The position numbers and the translations under genes were made by a program. Shown one piece after another: positions 12,630 to 25,529 of a stretch of DNA of 64,000 bases; the first letter of the stretch is position 1, and every line of letters begins with the position of its first letter. A model generated the notes under the pieces. That model was not told where the DNA came from, did not search any database, and saw only the letters and a list, made by a program, of their open reading frames with translations. The stretch comes from Paragordius varius (taxonomy: Eukaryota > Animalia > Nematomorpha), in the NCBI GenBank assembly GCA_964247055.1, contig OZ176058.1:1550001-1614000 (forward strand), in the 5' to 3' direction.

Positions 12630-15246
12630 TGTCTTAAAATAGTAACTAAACTTATATGGGAATAATTAAGGTTTAAAAAAGTATGGTTATTTTTTAGATA
12701 AAAATATATGTCTTTATTTTTTTACATTCAGTATAATTTCAATTTTTACTGTATTTTTTACGTTTTTTTCCAAAATTTTACTGTAAAAGTTCTTCTTAAA
12801 TATATAATTCTTGGATATTTTTTGCACCAAATATATCGATCATCTAAGTAGGGGTCTCCACAAATAATTTTGCAGGCCGTATTTTAAAAATGTATTGGGA
12901 TTAACAAAAGACTGTAAAAATATTTATTGTAACTTTAGAGCTAGTTTATAACCAAAATTCGGAAGATTTATTTAAAGCTATGTCATAAATAAAATTTAAT
13001 TTTATATTACAATCATATTGGTCATAGCTGTCATCATAAATTTCTTAATTTTTTTTATTATGCATTTCCGTTTAGTATGATTTAAATAACATACAATTGT
13101 GATTATGAAAAATTTAATAATAACCATACTATAAAATTTAAATAATAGTTTATATTTTAAGCAATTAATAAATATTAAGCCTTTTGTCTCGAACGAAATT
13201 GAACTCAGGACCTAATTCCATTTTATAAATTTTATATTAATTTTAATTTTCTCATATAAATTATAATGAATTGAAATCAAATTTGGATAAAATACTTTTT
13301 TTTATAATATATCACTTTATTATGAATATATAAGATGTTGACTTCATTTTAAATGGCCAAAAGATTTATTTTGAATATTGATCAAAAAAATTATATCTGT
13401 TTATATTTTATTTGATGGTAAAACAGAATGAGTATTATTTATCGTTGAATATTAATATATTCCACATTCCCTTAACAACAAAAGATTGGTTTATTTTAAA
13501 ATAACTTGTTCAAAGAGTTTTTCGCAATGGAATAACTAGGAAAACTTGATGGATTTTACTGAATGATGAGTTTATTTTCAGTTTCATGTTGTAAATTCAA
13601 TTATATATTTATTAATGCACATTATTTTATATATTTTTGAAATGCGGCGGTTAAACTGTTGAGCGCAGCCTTACCCTTGTATAGATGGGGAGTATGATAT
13701 CTTTAATATTTTAGGTAAAAATTATTATCTTACAAAGTAATTTTTTTTAATATAATGTTTATAGAATTAAAATGTAAGCCTTCAAAGGCTATAACTCTTA
13801 TAAATATTTTTTTGATCACAATCATAGGTACTTACACTAGTCAATATATCTATATATGCACTCGTTTTCTAAATTGCAGACTAAAGAAACTAAAAATTTT
13901 ATGAACACCTAAGCTCGTCCTTAAATTTTCTTTTTAATTAATTTTAATTTTTTTTACCAGCTCAATTCTATATTATATGCTCTCTTTTAATTAATCAGCT
14001 GAATAGGTATATCAATATATTTAAAATGGGGTGCTATATCATTAATGTATTGCTTGATAAATATCGAACTTTAAGAAATAGAACATTTTCTTATTATATA
14101 TATATATGTATTTTTATAGCCATAAATTTTTATAAAAACCAAATAGCCCTATCGATTTACAATAATAAGGCTATGATACCTAAATCTAGATGCATATTTT
14201 AAATTACAATATTTAAACAGCTATATTATTGCTAATATGGGATAAAATTTATTGAATATAATTTTTCCGATCTGATATTTTAAAAATCTACTAATTTAAG
14301 ATTACTATATTTTTGAGCGATCCTCTTGTTTTAGGTAACAAAATATTAATGAACATTTAAACACTCCAATTCATTCAATTAGCATCATCAATCTAATTAA
14401 AAAAGATATTTTTTTAATATTAATCAATTTTTTACTTTTAAGTTGCGTTTTTAAAATTGTATTTTCTTTGTAAATAGTCCAATATTCCTTGATCTCTGAA
14501 AACAAAATAATATTTTTGGATGGCTTTTTATACATTGGTTACACAGCTGAAAATGCATTTGGTTGCAATATACATTAATTCGCATGATTATTTAAATTTT
14601 TTATTAAAAATATTTATCTATTTACTTAATAACAATATATTAATCTTTTTCTATTCCAAAATCTACGTCAAAGTTTTAGAATACCATTTTATTTATCGCG
14701 CAATGTTATTTATATTGTATAAATTGTATATTCAACATAAAGCATAATTTCGTATTAAATTTTTCTTAATTACAAGCAAGCCTCATCTATACCTTTATTA
14801 AGCAAATGCTTATTTTATGATTTGTATTTATTATTAAATTATTATCATAAAATATATGTTTAATACAGGGATGTCATATTTAGTATATTGCTTAAAAAAT
14901 TATTATTATATGGGAATTTTAAATTTAGATAACCCTTAAATTTTTATTACAAAACAATTTTAGCTTATCCCACCTTATTTGGCTTATTGATAAGAAGTTA
15001 CCTACGAATCAGTCTAAGATTGCTGTTTAAAACTTTTTTTATAAAATGGCTAAAATTTTAACAGTAATTGTAATCCTAATAATATTTTAACGTCTTTTAT
15101 TTAGTGAAGAAGCTACCAATTTTTATTAAACACAACCAAAAAAATTATTTTTAAAAAAAATATTATTATTAAAGTTTTTTTTGTAAAAAAAGTTATACTA
15201 AGTCAAAAGACTTTTTTGATAATTTGATTATTCCTTTTGTCTTAAA

Positions 15247-15469
15247 CAGTGCTTCCTAACCCTTTGTTCACACCCCATCAAATCGGAAAAAATTAAGCTT
15301 GCGCACGCCCACCTTTTACCTCCAAAAAACACATTAAAAAAGCTATTATATAAATTTAGAACAATGAGATCTATGTACGTATAATTGTTCAAAATCTTTA
15401 TAGAATTCTTACTAATCTATTTGTTTCTGATTTTATTTTAATTGAATCCCCCCCTTTTGGGAACTACTG
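15247..15469. mobile_element. hAT (Charlie-type) MITE, 223 bp
   Basis: TIRs CAGTGCTTCCTAA / TTGGGAACTACTG. Perfect 8-bp TSD GTCTTAAA at 15239-15246 and 15470-15477. Confidence 0.85.
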
Positions 15470-15911
15470 GTCTTAAATATAGTTAAGGCTCAAATCTAAA
15501 TGAAACAAAAGTTGATTAACCCATAATTATTTGCTTTGAATATAAAATGTTGTACATTAGAGAGAACAATAGCTATTATAGGCCGTTTTAGTATTTTAAA
15601 TGGCTTGAAATTTTTTCTTTTTAGTATTAATTGAAAATTGAGGAAAATAGTGTGCATTATTAAATATGTAACTAATACGATGAAAGATCTTTATAGGACA
15701 GTTATGGTAAATAAATCCGCCTTTGGCATTTTAAATACTTCGAAATGGCACAGAATAGCTCTCGCGACTGTATATAATATAAACAAATTTTTTTTCAAAC
15801 AAAGCTACATAGAATTATTTTGGTTAATTTTATATGATATTTATTTTATTTAGTTATTAAGTCAGGCTAAATACTTATTGGATCTTTTAAATTTTTATTT
15901 TATTAGAATAA

Positions 15912-18900
15912 CACTGTGACACAACTTTTTCTGGACTCGATTTTCTAAATATTTTCTGATTCCTTATAGTATTGTGATCAGATTTGCGTAAAAATTTTTT
16001 TTACTTACCCAGCTCGTTTTCGAGATATGGGACTTTTTCCATATTTGGATATATCCAAAATTTTCTTGTTTGTAAATATTTTTCGCTATGTAAACAAATA
16101 ATATGTGGCTTACATTAGTATTTTTACAAGAAATTACCAATTTATCTTCAAAATAAAAAAAAAATTTACTCAAAATATCCAATACTTTTTGTTTTAGGGG
16201 GCAAAAACCCTCAAAAATTGGGTAACTTAACATTTTTTCACACAAATATTTTTTATCAATTTATTAAATCAATACAAACTTTATTATATGTTCTTGGATG
16301 TTAATAATGTTTGTTTAAGTATAAATATCACTTTGTAATAGCTTTGTGGACTTTAATTTTTAAAAATAAATTTAATTTTTACAGCTTTTTTGCTGTTTTT
16401 TTATGTAAAAAATTATTTAATTTACTCAGCTGTAAATACTAATTTCATTTTTTCATCTGAAATTTTTAAATATTTACCATATATGATGTGTTCAACAATA
16501 CTATTATGCCTTAAAATAAAATCTTAACCAAGTAATTGTTTATTTTAAAATTTAGGATGACTGACGGTTTGTTATGTTTAAATTGATCTTATATTAGTTG
16601 GCTTATGAAAATATAATATCCTTCTCTCTTACCTTTGGCCGATGACAGATTTAATTGAGAAAAAACTATGAACATAGAAAAGCGGATTTATTCCACCCCA
16701 ATAAGTTACACTACATCTCGAAGGTAACAATAACAGGGGTAGACCAACATCTAACTGGAAAAAAACAATAAATAATGATATAAATGTTGCCAACATTGAT
16801 GATAACGCCTGGCAGGATCGCAAATATTACAGACAGCTTCTATACGGATACAATGGCTAGCCATTACACAAAGACGATACGATACGAAAAGCATTTTTTG
16901 CATATTCACCGTCTCTATGAGTGCTTCCTACTCGAACGGCCCAAAAACGCCCCCCCCCCCCCCCCCCCCTCTAAATAGTTTACATAGATTTTTTGCTGTG
17001 AGATACAATATTTTTACCCGTGTAATAAGCGAAAAAAAGAATTTATTATAGCATAAAAAATTATATATATCGTGTATAAAATATATTGCATTATATATAG
17101 TTTTAAAACCATGTTGCATTAATATTTAGGGCCATGTGAATGAGCCAATTTTCAACCTCATTCACCTGGATTATGGATTATGAGGAAGCATATGTTTGAG
17201 GGAGGTGATTGAGTTTTTGAGGTGGGAGTTTTGAAAATTTTTATCAGTATGATGGATAACAGTTCTACACGCTATTTAGGTTATTTTGTTCAAATAATTT
17301 ATAGCATCCATCTTTATCCGTAAATAAATTTAGCAATGGCGAAGGCCTGTTTTGTATTTTTATCAATATGATGAAAACAGTTACACGCGATTTATATGGG
17401 GGTCTTATTAAAAAGTTTTGTTTAAATAATTTCTAGATATCTGTGCCTCTTTATGAATCCTAAAAATAAATTCAGCAATAACGAAAAGCTTAAGGTCTGG
17501 GAGGCTTTAGCCGAAGAAATGATCAATATTTAAATATTTATAAAATATATTCATTTATTGTGTAAAAATAAATTATTAATAAAATTGTCAAATTAAATCG
17601 TTTCTTGATGTCTGATCTTCTGATATAAAGTTTGCTAACTCATTTTCGTCAATGTTACCTATCGCTTTTATGGAAATATGTATTACCGAATACTCCGATT
17701 ATCATTAGTAAGTAGCAGAGTTTCATGTCTAAAATAAACCAAATTTAAAAATACTCGATAGTATTCCTGATGATTTTACCATTTAGAATGGTTTCAAGTG
17801 AGGAAAAAATTATATAATGACATATTCTAAATTCTTGAAAAAACATATCAGTAGTTATACAAAGCTTTTCTAAATATTCAGTTGAACTTGCTTATAAACT
17901 TCAACTAACTACCATTTCTTGCCTAAATATATAAAATTAAAGCACTAAAACATTATAACCTTTAGTAAGCATCTGCCCGAAAAATATTTTTTGATACATG
18001 TCCAAAATTTCCATAACCTACCATATACATATATTAAATTTACTTAATTTAGGCTAATAGAGTTTTCAGATTCCAAAAATTCTTCCCAGTTCTCGAGATA
18101 TCGGCTTTTGTAAAAACCTTAACCCTGAACCAGGATTAAAAATTCTTCCATCTCAACAGGATGAGGAAGGCTCATTCACTCGGATTATTAAAAGTGGTAA
18201 ATGAGCCGGCTCAACTGGCTCATTCACATGGCCTTTAGATGAAAGCATTCACAACCAAGATAATATACATTTTTAGCGTAACAAGGACAAAGGTGTATTA
18301 TGCACTAAGGTAAGAGAGAAGGATAATATTATATTTTCATAAGCTAACTAATATAAGGTAAATTATTAAACAAAAAAACCCGACTATCATCCTACATGGT
18401 TAGCATTATATTTTAAGGCATAAAATTTAGTATTCTTGAATACATCATCCAGGTATCCAGAAAAGGGTGTGACAGGCTTGCTCCTTACCGTCACTGTATA
18501 TGGTAAATATTCAAAAATTTCAGATGAAAAAATGAAATTTGTATTTACAGCTGAGTAAATTAAATAATTTTTTACATAAAAAAAACAGCAAAAAAGCTGT
18601 AAAAATTAAATTTATTTTTAAAAATTAAAGTCCACAAAGCTATTACAAAGTGATATTTATACTTAAACAAACATTATTAACATCCAAGAACATATAATAA
18701 AGTTTGTATTGATTTAATAAATTGATAAAAAATATTTGTGTGAAAAAATGTTAAGTTACCCAATTTTTGAGGGTTTTTGCCCCCTAAAACAAAAAGTATT
18801 GGATATTTTGAGTAAATTTTTTTTTTATTTTGAAGATAAATTGGTAATTTCTTGTAAAAATACTTATGTAAGCCACATATTATTTGTTTACATAGCGAAA

Positions 18901-19068
18901 AATATTTACAAACAAGATAATTTTGGATATGTCCAAATATGGAAAAAGTCCCATATCTCGAAAACGACCTGGGTAAGTAAAAAAATTTTTTACGCAAATC
19001 TGATCACAATACTTTAAGGAATCAAAAAATATTTAGAAAATCGAGTCCAGAAAATTGACCCCATATTT
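15912..19068. mobile_element. Long-TIR (foldback-like) non-autonomous element (family D), copy 1
   Basis: About 15912-16640 and 18305-19050 are inverted arms of ~730 bp; the duplicated 93-aa ORFs at 15964-16245(-) and 18736-19017(+) reflect this. Asymmetric tips CACTGTGACACAAC and ATGGGGTCAATT. No convincing TSD. Confidence 0.75.
17129..18234. mobile_element. PIF/Harbinger-type (Tourist-like) non-autonomous element nested in family D
   Basis: TIRs GGGCCATGTGAATGAGCCA / TGGCTCATTCACATGGCCT. 3-bp TTA TSD at 17126-17128 and 18235-18237. Confidence 0.8.
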
Positions 19069-19156
19069 TGTTAATTGTAAAAGATTAAAAAATTAAATTT
19101 TAATTTGATTCTATAATATATTATAACAATATCAACCTAATGTGTTCAATGAACAT

Positions 19157-20095
19157 CTAGACCCATGTTCGGGTAAGTATTACTTACGTCCTTATGCTTA
19201 AATCCTTATGCTTACGTCCTTATGCTTAAATCCTTATGCTTACGTCCTTATGCTTACATTTTTGAATAAATATCATACATTTATCATAAGTCTGCTCCTA
19301 GTAGACTTATTAAAATTTCAAAGTGGCATCTTTAAAAATATTGCAAATTTTTTAATTCTGTAAATTGGAGGATATAAACTAAAGTATATTTAACAAATAA
19401 TATATAGGTTTGGGTAATGTTGCTTCAATCTTACGATACTAAAAGGGGTTTACATAACCCCTGTTAAAAATGGATAAATTTTAAAACATGCATGCAAAAT
19501 CGAAAGTTTTCTAGAAGAAATAGGAACACATTTTATCAAACTATATTTTTTAGATTTATTTGAGTCATAAATCGAAGTATTTGCATATATTGTGAAATAA
19601 GAAAATTTACCCAGTTTTTAAATTCTTAAATTGGAGGATAGAAAATGATGTATATATAACAAATTATTTTTAGGTTTTATAAATTGGAATAATCTCATAA
19701 AAATCCAAATTTTTTTAGAATGTATGCAATTGATTTAATTATATTTTTTAGATTTTGATGTCATGGCGATTATCTGCGCACTTTTTACATTTTGAGGATG
19801 AAGCATTGAAGAATCTACCCATTTTATTGGATTTTCATTAAATTTTTACTATTAAATATATAAAATTGTATATTTATATTTATTGACAATAAATATATGA
19901 TATTACTATATCTTTTCACGTTGCAAGCGTCTAAAAATCATTTCAATTCACAGTGCACAAAATCGGAGGCTATAAAAAATATCCTGATGAATCAAATATA
20001 TTGCATATTAGGAATATCATGGTGCTTTTGGTTTTAGGTCTAACAATTTCGTGGTAATTATTCCTTATCGAAAGGTTGTAAATTAGGCAAACTTA
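19157..20095 (-). mobile_element. Family C Helitron-like element, copy 2 (5'-truncated, reverse)
   Basis: CTAG at 19157-19160, then hairpin and 14-bp array in reverse. Near-identical to the reverse complement of ~20560-21533. Confidence 0.75.
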
Positions 20096-20386
20096 TTTGA
20101 AGTCTACGCTTAAAATTATAAACTTTACTTTGGTTTTCAAATATAGTTCATAATTTAATATATTTTTAAAATCATTAAACTTTCACCAAAATTTTAGACC
20201 CTTAAATATTTCTCCAAATTTAAAGCAAAAGCCAATCAAAATTTTGAAGTGATGAAATGTTAAGCATCATCAAATTATATATAAAAAGTGTTTATGTGAT
20301 ATCTTAAAGCATCATAAAATACGATTGCCAAAATTAGAAAAAAATCTATTATATTGTCAAATTCTAGTTTATATAAAAAAAATGTA

Positions 20387-21533
20387 TCGCTCATCGGCTT
20401 TTTTTAAAAAACTGGCCCATTTTAGAGAAGTCCAAAAAGTTCGACTTTTAAAGCCTATGCTTAAAATTGTAAATTTCATTTTGGTTTGGAATAGAGTTCA
20501 TGTCATAATATAATGATATTTTTAAAGGGAAGCATTTAGCTTTCACCAAAAATTAAAAATTTTCCTGATTTGCAACCTTTCGATAAGGAATAATTACCAC
20601 GAAATTGGATATAACTCTAAATTATTCGTTAGACCTAAACCAAAAGCACCATGATATTCCTAATATGCAATATATTTGATTCATCAGGATATTTTTTATA
20701 GCCTCCGATTTTGTGCACTGTGGATTGAAATGATTTTTAGACGCTTGCAACGTGAAAAGATATAGTAATATTATATATTTATTGTCAATAAATATAAATA
20801 TACAAATTTATATATTTAATAGTAAAAATTTAATGAAAATCCAATAAAATGGGTAGATCCTTCAATGCTTCATCCTCAAAATGTAAAAAGTGCGCAGATA
20901 ATCGCCATGACATCAAAATCTAAAAAATATAGTTAAATCAATTGCATACATTCTAAAAAAAATTTGGATTTTTATGAGATTATTCCAATTTATAAAACCT
21001 AAAAATAATTTGTTATATATACATCATTTACTATCCTCCAATTTAAAGAATTTAAAAACTGGGTAGATTTTCTTATTTCACAATATATGCAAATACTTCG
21101 ATTTATGACTCAAATAAATCTAAAAAATATAGTTTGATAAAATGTGTTCATATTTCTTCTAGAAAACTTTCGATTTTGCATGCATGTTTTAAAATTTATC
21201 CATTTTTAACAGGGGTTATGTAAACCCCTTTAAGTATCGTAAGATTGAAGCAACATTACCCAAACCTATATATTATTTGTTAAATATACTTTAGTTTATA
21301 TCCTCCAATTAACAGAATTAAAAAATTCGCAATATTTTTAAAGTTATGCCACTTTGAAATTTTAATAAGTCTATGATATTTATTCAAAAATGTAAGCTTA
21401 AGGACGTAAGCATAAGGATTTAAGAATAAGGATGTAAGCATAAGGATTAAGCATAAGGATTAAGCATAAGGATGTAAGCATAAGGATTTAAGCATAAGGA
21501 CGTAAGTAATACTTACCCGAACATGGGTCCTAG
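20387..21533 (+). mobile_element. Family C Helitron-like element, copy 3 (complete)
   Basis: A|TC start at 20387. GTAAGTAATACTTAC hairpin, then CTAG|T end at 21530-21533. No TSD. Confidence 0.78.
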
Positions 21534-22955
21534 TCTTTGTATAACTATTAGACCGATTATATTATAAGTGAAACCCGGATTAAAACCAAATTGAATCCGG
21601 TTTTATTTTGTAACAATCAAATTCTTGTTAAAAATCATCAGGATTTTAAAATTTATTTTTAGTCTTTACTATAAAGTTTAAATTTCGCGATAAACTTAAA
21701 TACATTTTAAAAAACGAAATGGCCAATATGGCTCTCTAATGCCTACTTTTTATAAAAAAAATAATTAAAATTTTCAATTTCCCTAAATGATAATCTCGAT
21801 AGTTAAGCCAAAAAATAGCACTTTTATATACATATCAAATATTTTTAAGAGTGCACACATAATGTACTACCTTTCAAAACAATTAAACCTTACATAACAT
21901 AATTAATGATTTATTGCATCATTCTAAAGCTAATGTTCTTTTTGAAAACATAAAAATTTGAACTTTGCCTTTTTTGAACTGTTGAATAAACAGCTATAAT
22001 CATAATTAATTATTTTCGGTTTCAAGTTTTTTAAAAGTATCGAAATGTATGTTAAAAATCAAAAATATTTTGTCCTTTTGTTTTACATCTATTTATATTT
22101 ATGTACTCTAACCCAACTGTCTGGTGGTGTTACCACTCGTAATTTCAACAAACTAAATGGTAACTTATATGTTTAGATATGTTTGTAAATACAGTAACGA
22201 AAGCTATTTAAAACTTCCTGACTTTTTTCGCTTTTTGTCTGCTATCACATATTGGGTCATCTTAGAGCTCATCATAAATATACACAGTTTTGAGAGTTAT
22301 TTTAGATAATATCTTATAATCAAACATTCTTCTCATGTATTAGAGCTTAAGGTTTCTATAGTTTTGTAATTCCAGGAGGCACAGCTCCAATGAACGTAGC
22401 ATGTGCGAAAAAACAAATTTTAGTCATTATTAAACAAACAAATTAATGTTGTAAAATAATAGTAATTAATTAATTTCAACATCTTTTTTGTTTTTACCCA
22501 TATACTACCATATATTGCCAATGATCAAATAGGCAAGGATGAATATGCATACTGTAAGCAAATTGGCATATTATTTGAACGTATGTTGACATGTAAGAAA
22601 ATTGTTTTTATACGTGGTTACATTAAATAAAAATAGTGACAAAAATACAGTACTTATGTAACTAAAAAACAAAAATTCTCATACATGACACCACAAATGA
22701 AATTTAAATAATCATTTAAAATAATAAAACGGGTGGATAATGCTAGTTACTATAAATTATATAGTATTTATCAAATGAATCACAATAGCAAACAAAATTT
22801 AAAAACCTGAGATGGATAATGGAAAAGCTAATCTTTAATTAATATAGAAAATATTTGACATATTTTAACTCGAAAACTTGACCCAGGACTAACCATATTT
22901 AAGCTTTTTACATAATTTTTCAATCAGTTTAATCATTTTTTTAATAATCTGTTAG

Positions 22956-23236
22956 GGTACAGTTCCGATGTCGCACATAGAAAGCACAAAAATAAGCGAA
23001 AACACTCTAAACATCAACCAACTAATTTCCACAATTCGACCTTAAATGTTAATCCAAATTCAAGCAAACCAGAAAATAATAATAATATTTCCGTGTGGAA
23101 TCGATTTATGTTTTTCGTCCCTACTGGCATAAATATTACTGAAAGTCTAACAAAAGATGCAAAAAATCAATCTATGACTGTAGGCAATATCATAAATAAT
23201 TTGATTGACAAAACGTGGCAAATAATATCAAACTAA
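22956..23236 (+). CDS. Candidate terminal exon of an unknown gene (92 codons, YSSDVAHRKHKNKRKHSKHQ...KTWQIISN*)
   Basis: Stop-free frame read manually after a TTAG acceptor at 22955. Phase-compatible with a 48-nt upstream exon 22533-22580 (AG..GTATGT). GC higher than the flanks. No homology recognised. Confidence 0.35.
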
Positions 23237-23380
23237 CTTAAAATAAAAAAACATTGTGGTTTGATATTTCATTCATTTTAAAGATATGATTTATTTTATT
23301 TATTATAATAAATGGTATGGCAATTTAGTCACAACCAATAGTATATAAATCAAAGAGATATTTATATATTAGGCAAAACT

Positions 23381-23593
23381 TTAACAATTTATTATAACAG
23401 TTGTAAAATCCGTAAGATAACGATAATCGAAAATCAAATGGAAAATTAATTGAAAATTATATTTACTAACTGAAATGGGATTGAAACCCTGTCCAAAGTA
23501 ATCGCAGAGTTTCGTCTTGCTATTCATCAGTATGACACAACTATATGACTTGGAATTTTCACACATCAATTTCCTTATATCCAACTTTGCCAT
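23381..23593 (-). CDS. Candidate first exon / small ORF (MAKLDIRKLMCENSKSYSCVIL...)
   Basis: AAAAAA-ATG-G start context, locally raised GC over 23470-23593, possible GTAAAT donor near 23467. No homology recognised. Confidence 0.25.
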   Translation of the reverse strand: MAKLDIRKLMCENSKSYSCVILMNSKTKLCDYFGQGFNPISVSKYNFQLIFHLIFDYRYLTDFTTVIINC

Positions 23594-24090
23594 TTTTTTA
23601 TAATTATGCTTTTTAAATTAAATTTAATTGACATTCATGAAAATTAAATAAAAATAGAGAATAAACTAAAAATTCACTATCTAGTATAGAATTTAGGGAT
23701 TTAATAGAAATCAATTTAACAACTAAGAAGACTCTATTTTGTTAAAAAACATAAGATAAAGATGATATTGTAAAGGGAAATGACGGGTTGATTATGTTTT
23801 GTAATAACAGTTATTATATCCGTAATGATAAACTAAAATTTTAGGTAAAAAAATTTGAAGCTTCTTTCTATAAAGTTTTTCTTTCAATGTTGTTACAAAT
23901 TGTATTCTATGGCTTTAATTAATCTGCAAGTTAGCACGCAGTTCGGTAACATATTATAATAATAATATATTTATAAAATGTAGAAAATAGTTATAAAAAT
24001 GCGATATCTAACAATTACCAAATACTAGGATAGCATAACATAAAGTGTATATAGAGATAAAGAGAGTAATATTGATACAATAAAAATTGA

Positions 24091-24329
24091 AATTATACGG
24101 ACTAAACGTTAATATAAAAGGATATTTTTTTTTCAAAAGGCAACCATACTATTTTAAACCATAATTTTTACATAACATATACCATTGTAAAATAGATAAT
24201 TGTGTAACCAAAATTTATCTTATTTTATATTTTCAGTTTACAACAGTTTTTTATTTAAAACAAGATTTAAAAAGATGGTTTTCCGAAAATTTTTTTGTCT
24301 TCATATGTTTCCATTTAATCCGTATAATT
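24091..24329. repeat. ~230-bp hairpin element (family E) bounded by inverted AATTATACGGAC-like motifs
   Basis: AATTATACGGACTAAACG at 24091 and TTTAATCCGTATAATT at ~24329. Same layout and size at 28592-28815, 57245-57461 and 59071-59312. Confidence 0.55.
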
Positions 24330-25529
24330 AAGATTTTTACTGTAAATTAAAGTTTTACCGCTAAGAATATTATGATAAAATGAAATCAAAAAATAATTAC
24401 GTATAAAAATTATGTGCTTTCTAATTAAAAATCTATAAATTATTATTATATTAAATTTAAGTTTTTTAACATCATGATCTTTTGATATAATTTTAACCCC
24501 GGGACCATTTATAAATTAATAATTAAAAAAACTTAAACATTAAAAATTAAAAATATGAAATCTTTAGCGTATGATACAAACTTTTTTCAATATACTGTAA
24601 AATTGGAAAAAATCTTCATCTCAAACTTTTTCGCCGCCATTTTTTCTTTAATTTAAATCAAAACTCAAATAACTGCATATTATGGTTAAAAAATATTAAT
24701 AATTTAAATTGGAAAGTTTTTGATTGCTTACCTACAATCATTATTTACTTATTTTAATATCAGCTGTTTGTTTCAATCTTTTGGAGCATCTTATCAAAAT
24801 TCTAGAAATAATTTAATTTAATACAAGAGAATAGAGATTTAAAACAGTAGTATCTTCTAATTAAGTATTGGTCCAAGACGACCATGTCGAGGACAAAGAA
24901 ATACAAATATAATGAAGTGTTAACTTCAATATCAACTCACCAATCTCGTAACAGCTATTTGTTTGAAAGATAAATCTTACTACTTATTCTGTTTTATGTG
25001 TACATTTTTAGTCAAGCGAATAAAAAATCAGATTTCAATGTTATTTCTCAACACGATACAACCCATTTATTTCATTTTTTGATACACATTGAGGTCTTTG
25101 GGAGACCCCATGCCTGTTTATATAATAATATGGAACAAATCAACACCATTGCGAATTTTGCATTTATGTAACATTTTGCACCGAAATATAAAAAAAATAT
25201 TTAAAATATGGATAAATCGTAAGGTAAAAATATGTGTGCATGAGCTATAAATATGTATGATGCAATTTAAACCACTTTTTATGTTTAAATCAATGTTAGA
25301 TGTAATAATAAAAATTAGCCTTACTATTAGCGCTAGAATCAGGGAAGTAGTTTTAAATTTTTTTTCAAAACCAATAATTCAAATATTTTGGCGTATTTAT
25401 ATAATTTATTAGGAAAACATAAAACAATTATAATTTTTTGTAAACTTTTAAATTTTGACTATAATTTTAGGTTATCTCATAAATACTATGAAATAACCTA
25501 TCTCTTTATTATAGATACTATTTATACAT

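Larger units (their letters stand above)
10545..13720 (+). repeat. Family A repeat, copy 3, split by a Helitron-like insertion at 11420-12629
   Basis: Joining 11419 to 12630 restores the family A sequence seen at ~5450-5500. Shares the 3' flank TATGATATCTTTAATATTTTAGGTAAA with copy 2. Confidence 0.8.

Noticed and set aside
15964-19017. Twin 93-aa ORFs (15964-16245 -, 18736-19017 +) as a duplicated gene
   Set aside because: They are the two arms of one inverted repeat, begin at non-ATG codons and have no recognisable domain; near-identity of the arms explains the shared ORF.
22160-22352. 15-19-nt GT-AG segments as micro-introns
   Set aside because: No combination gave a continuous, recognisable reading frame; such segments are common by chance in AT-rich DNA.
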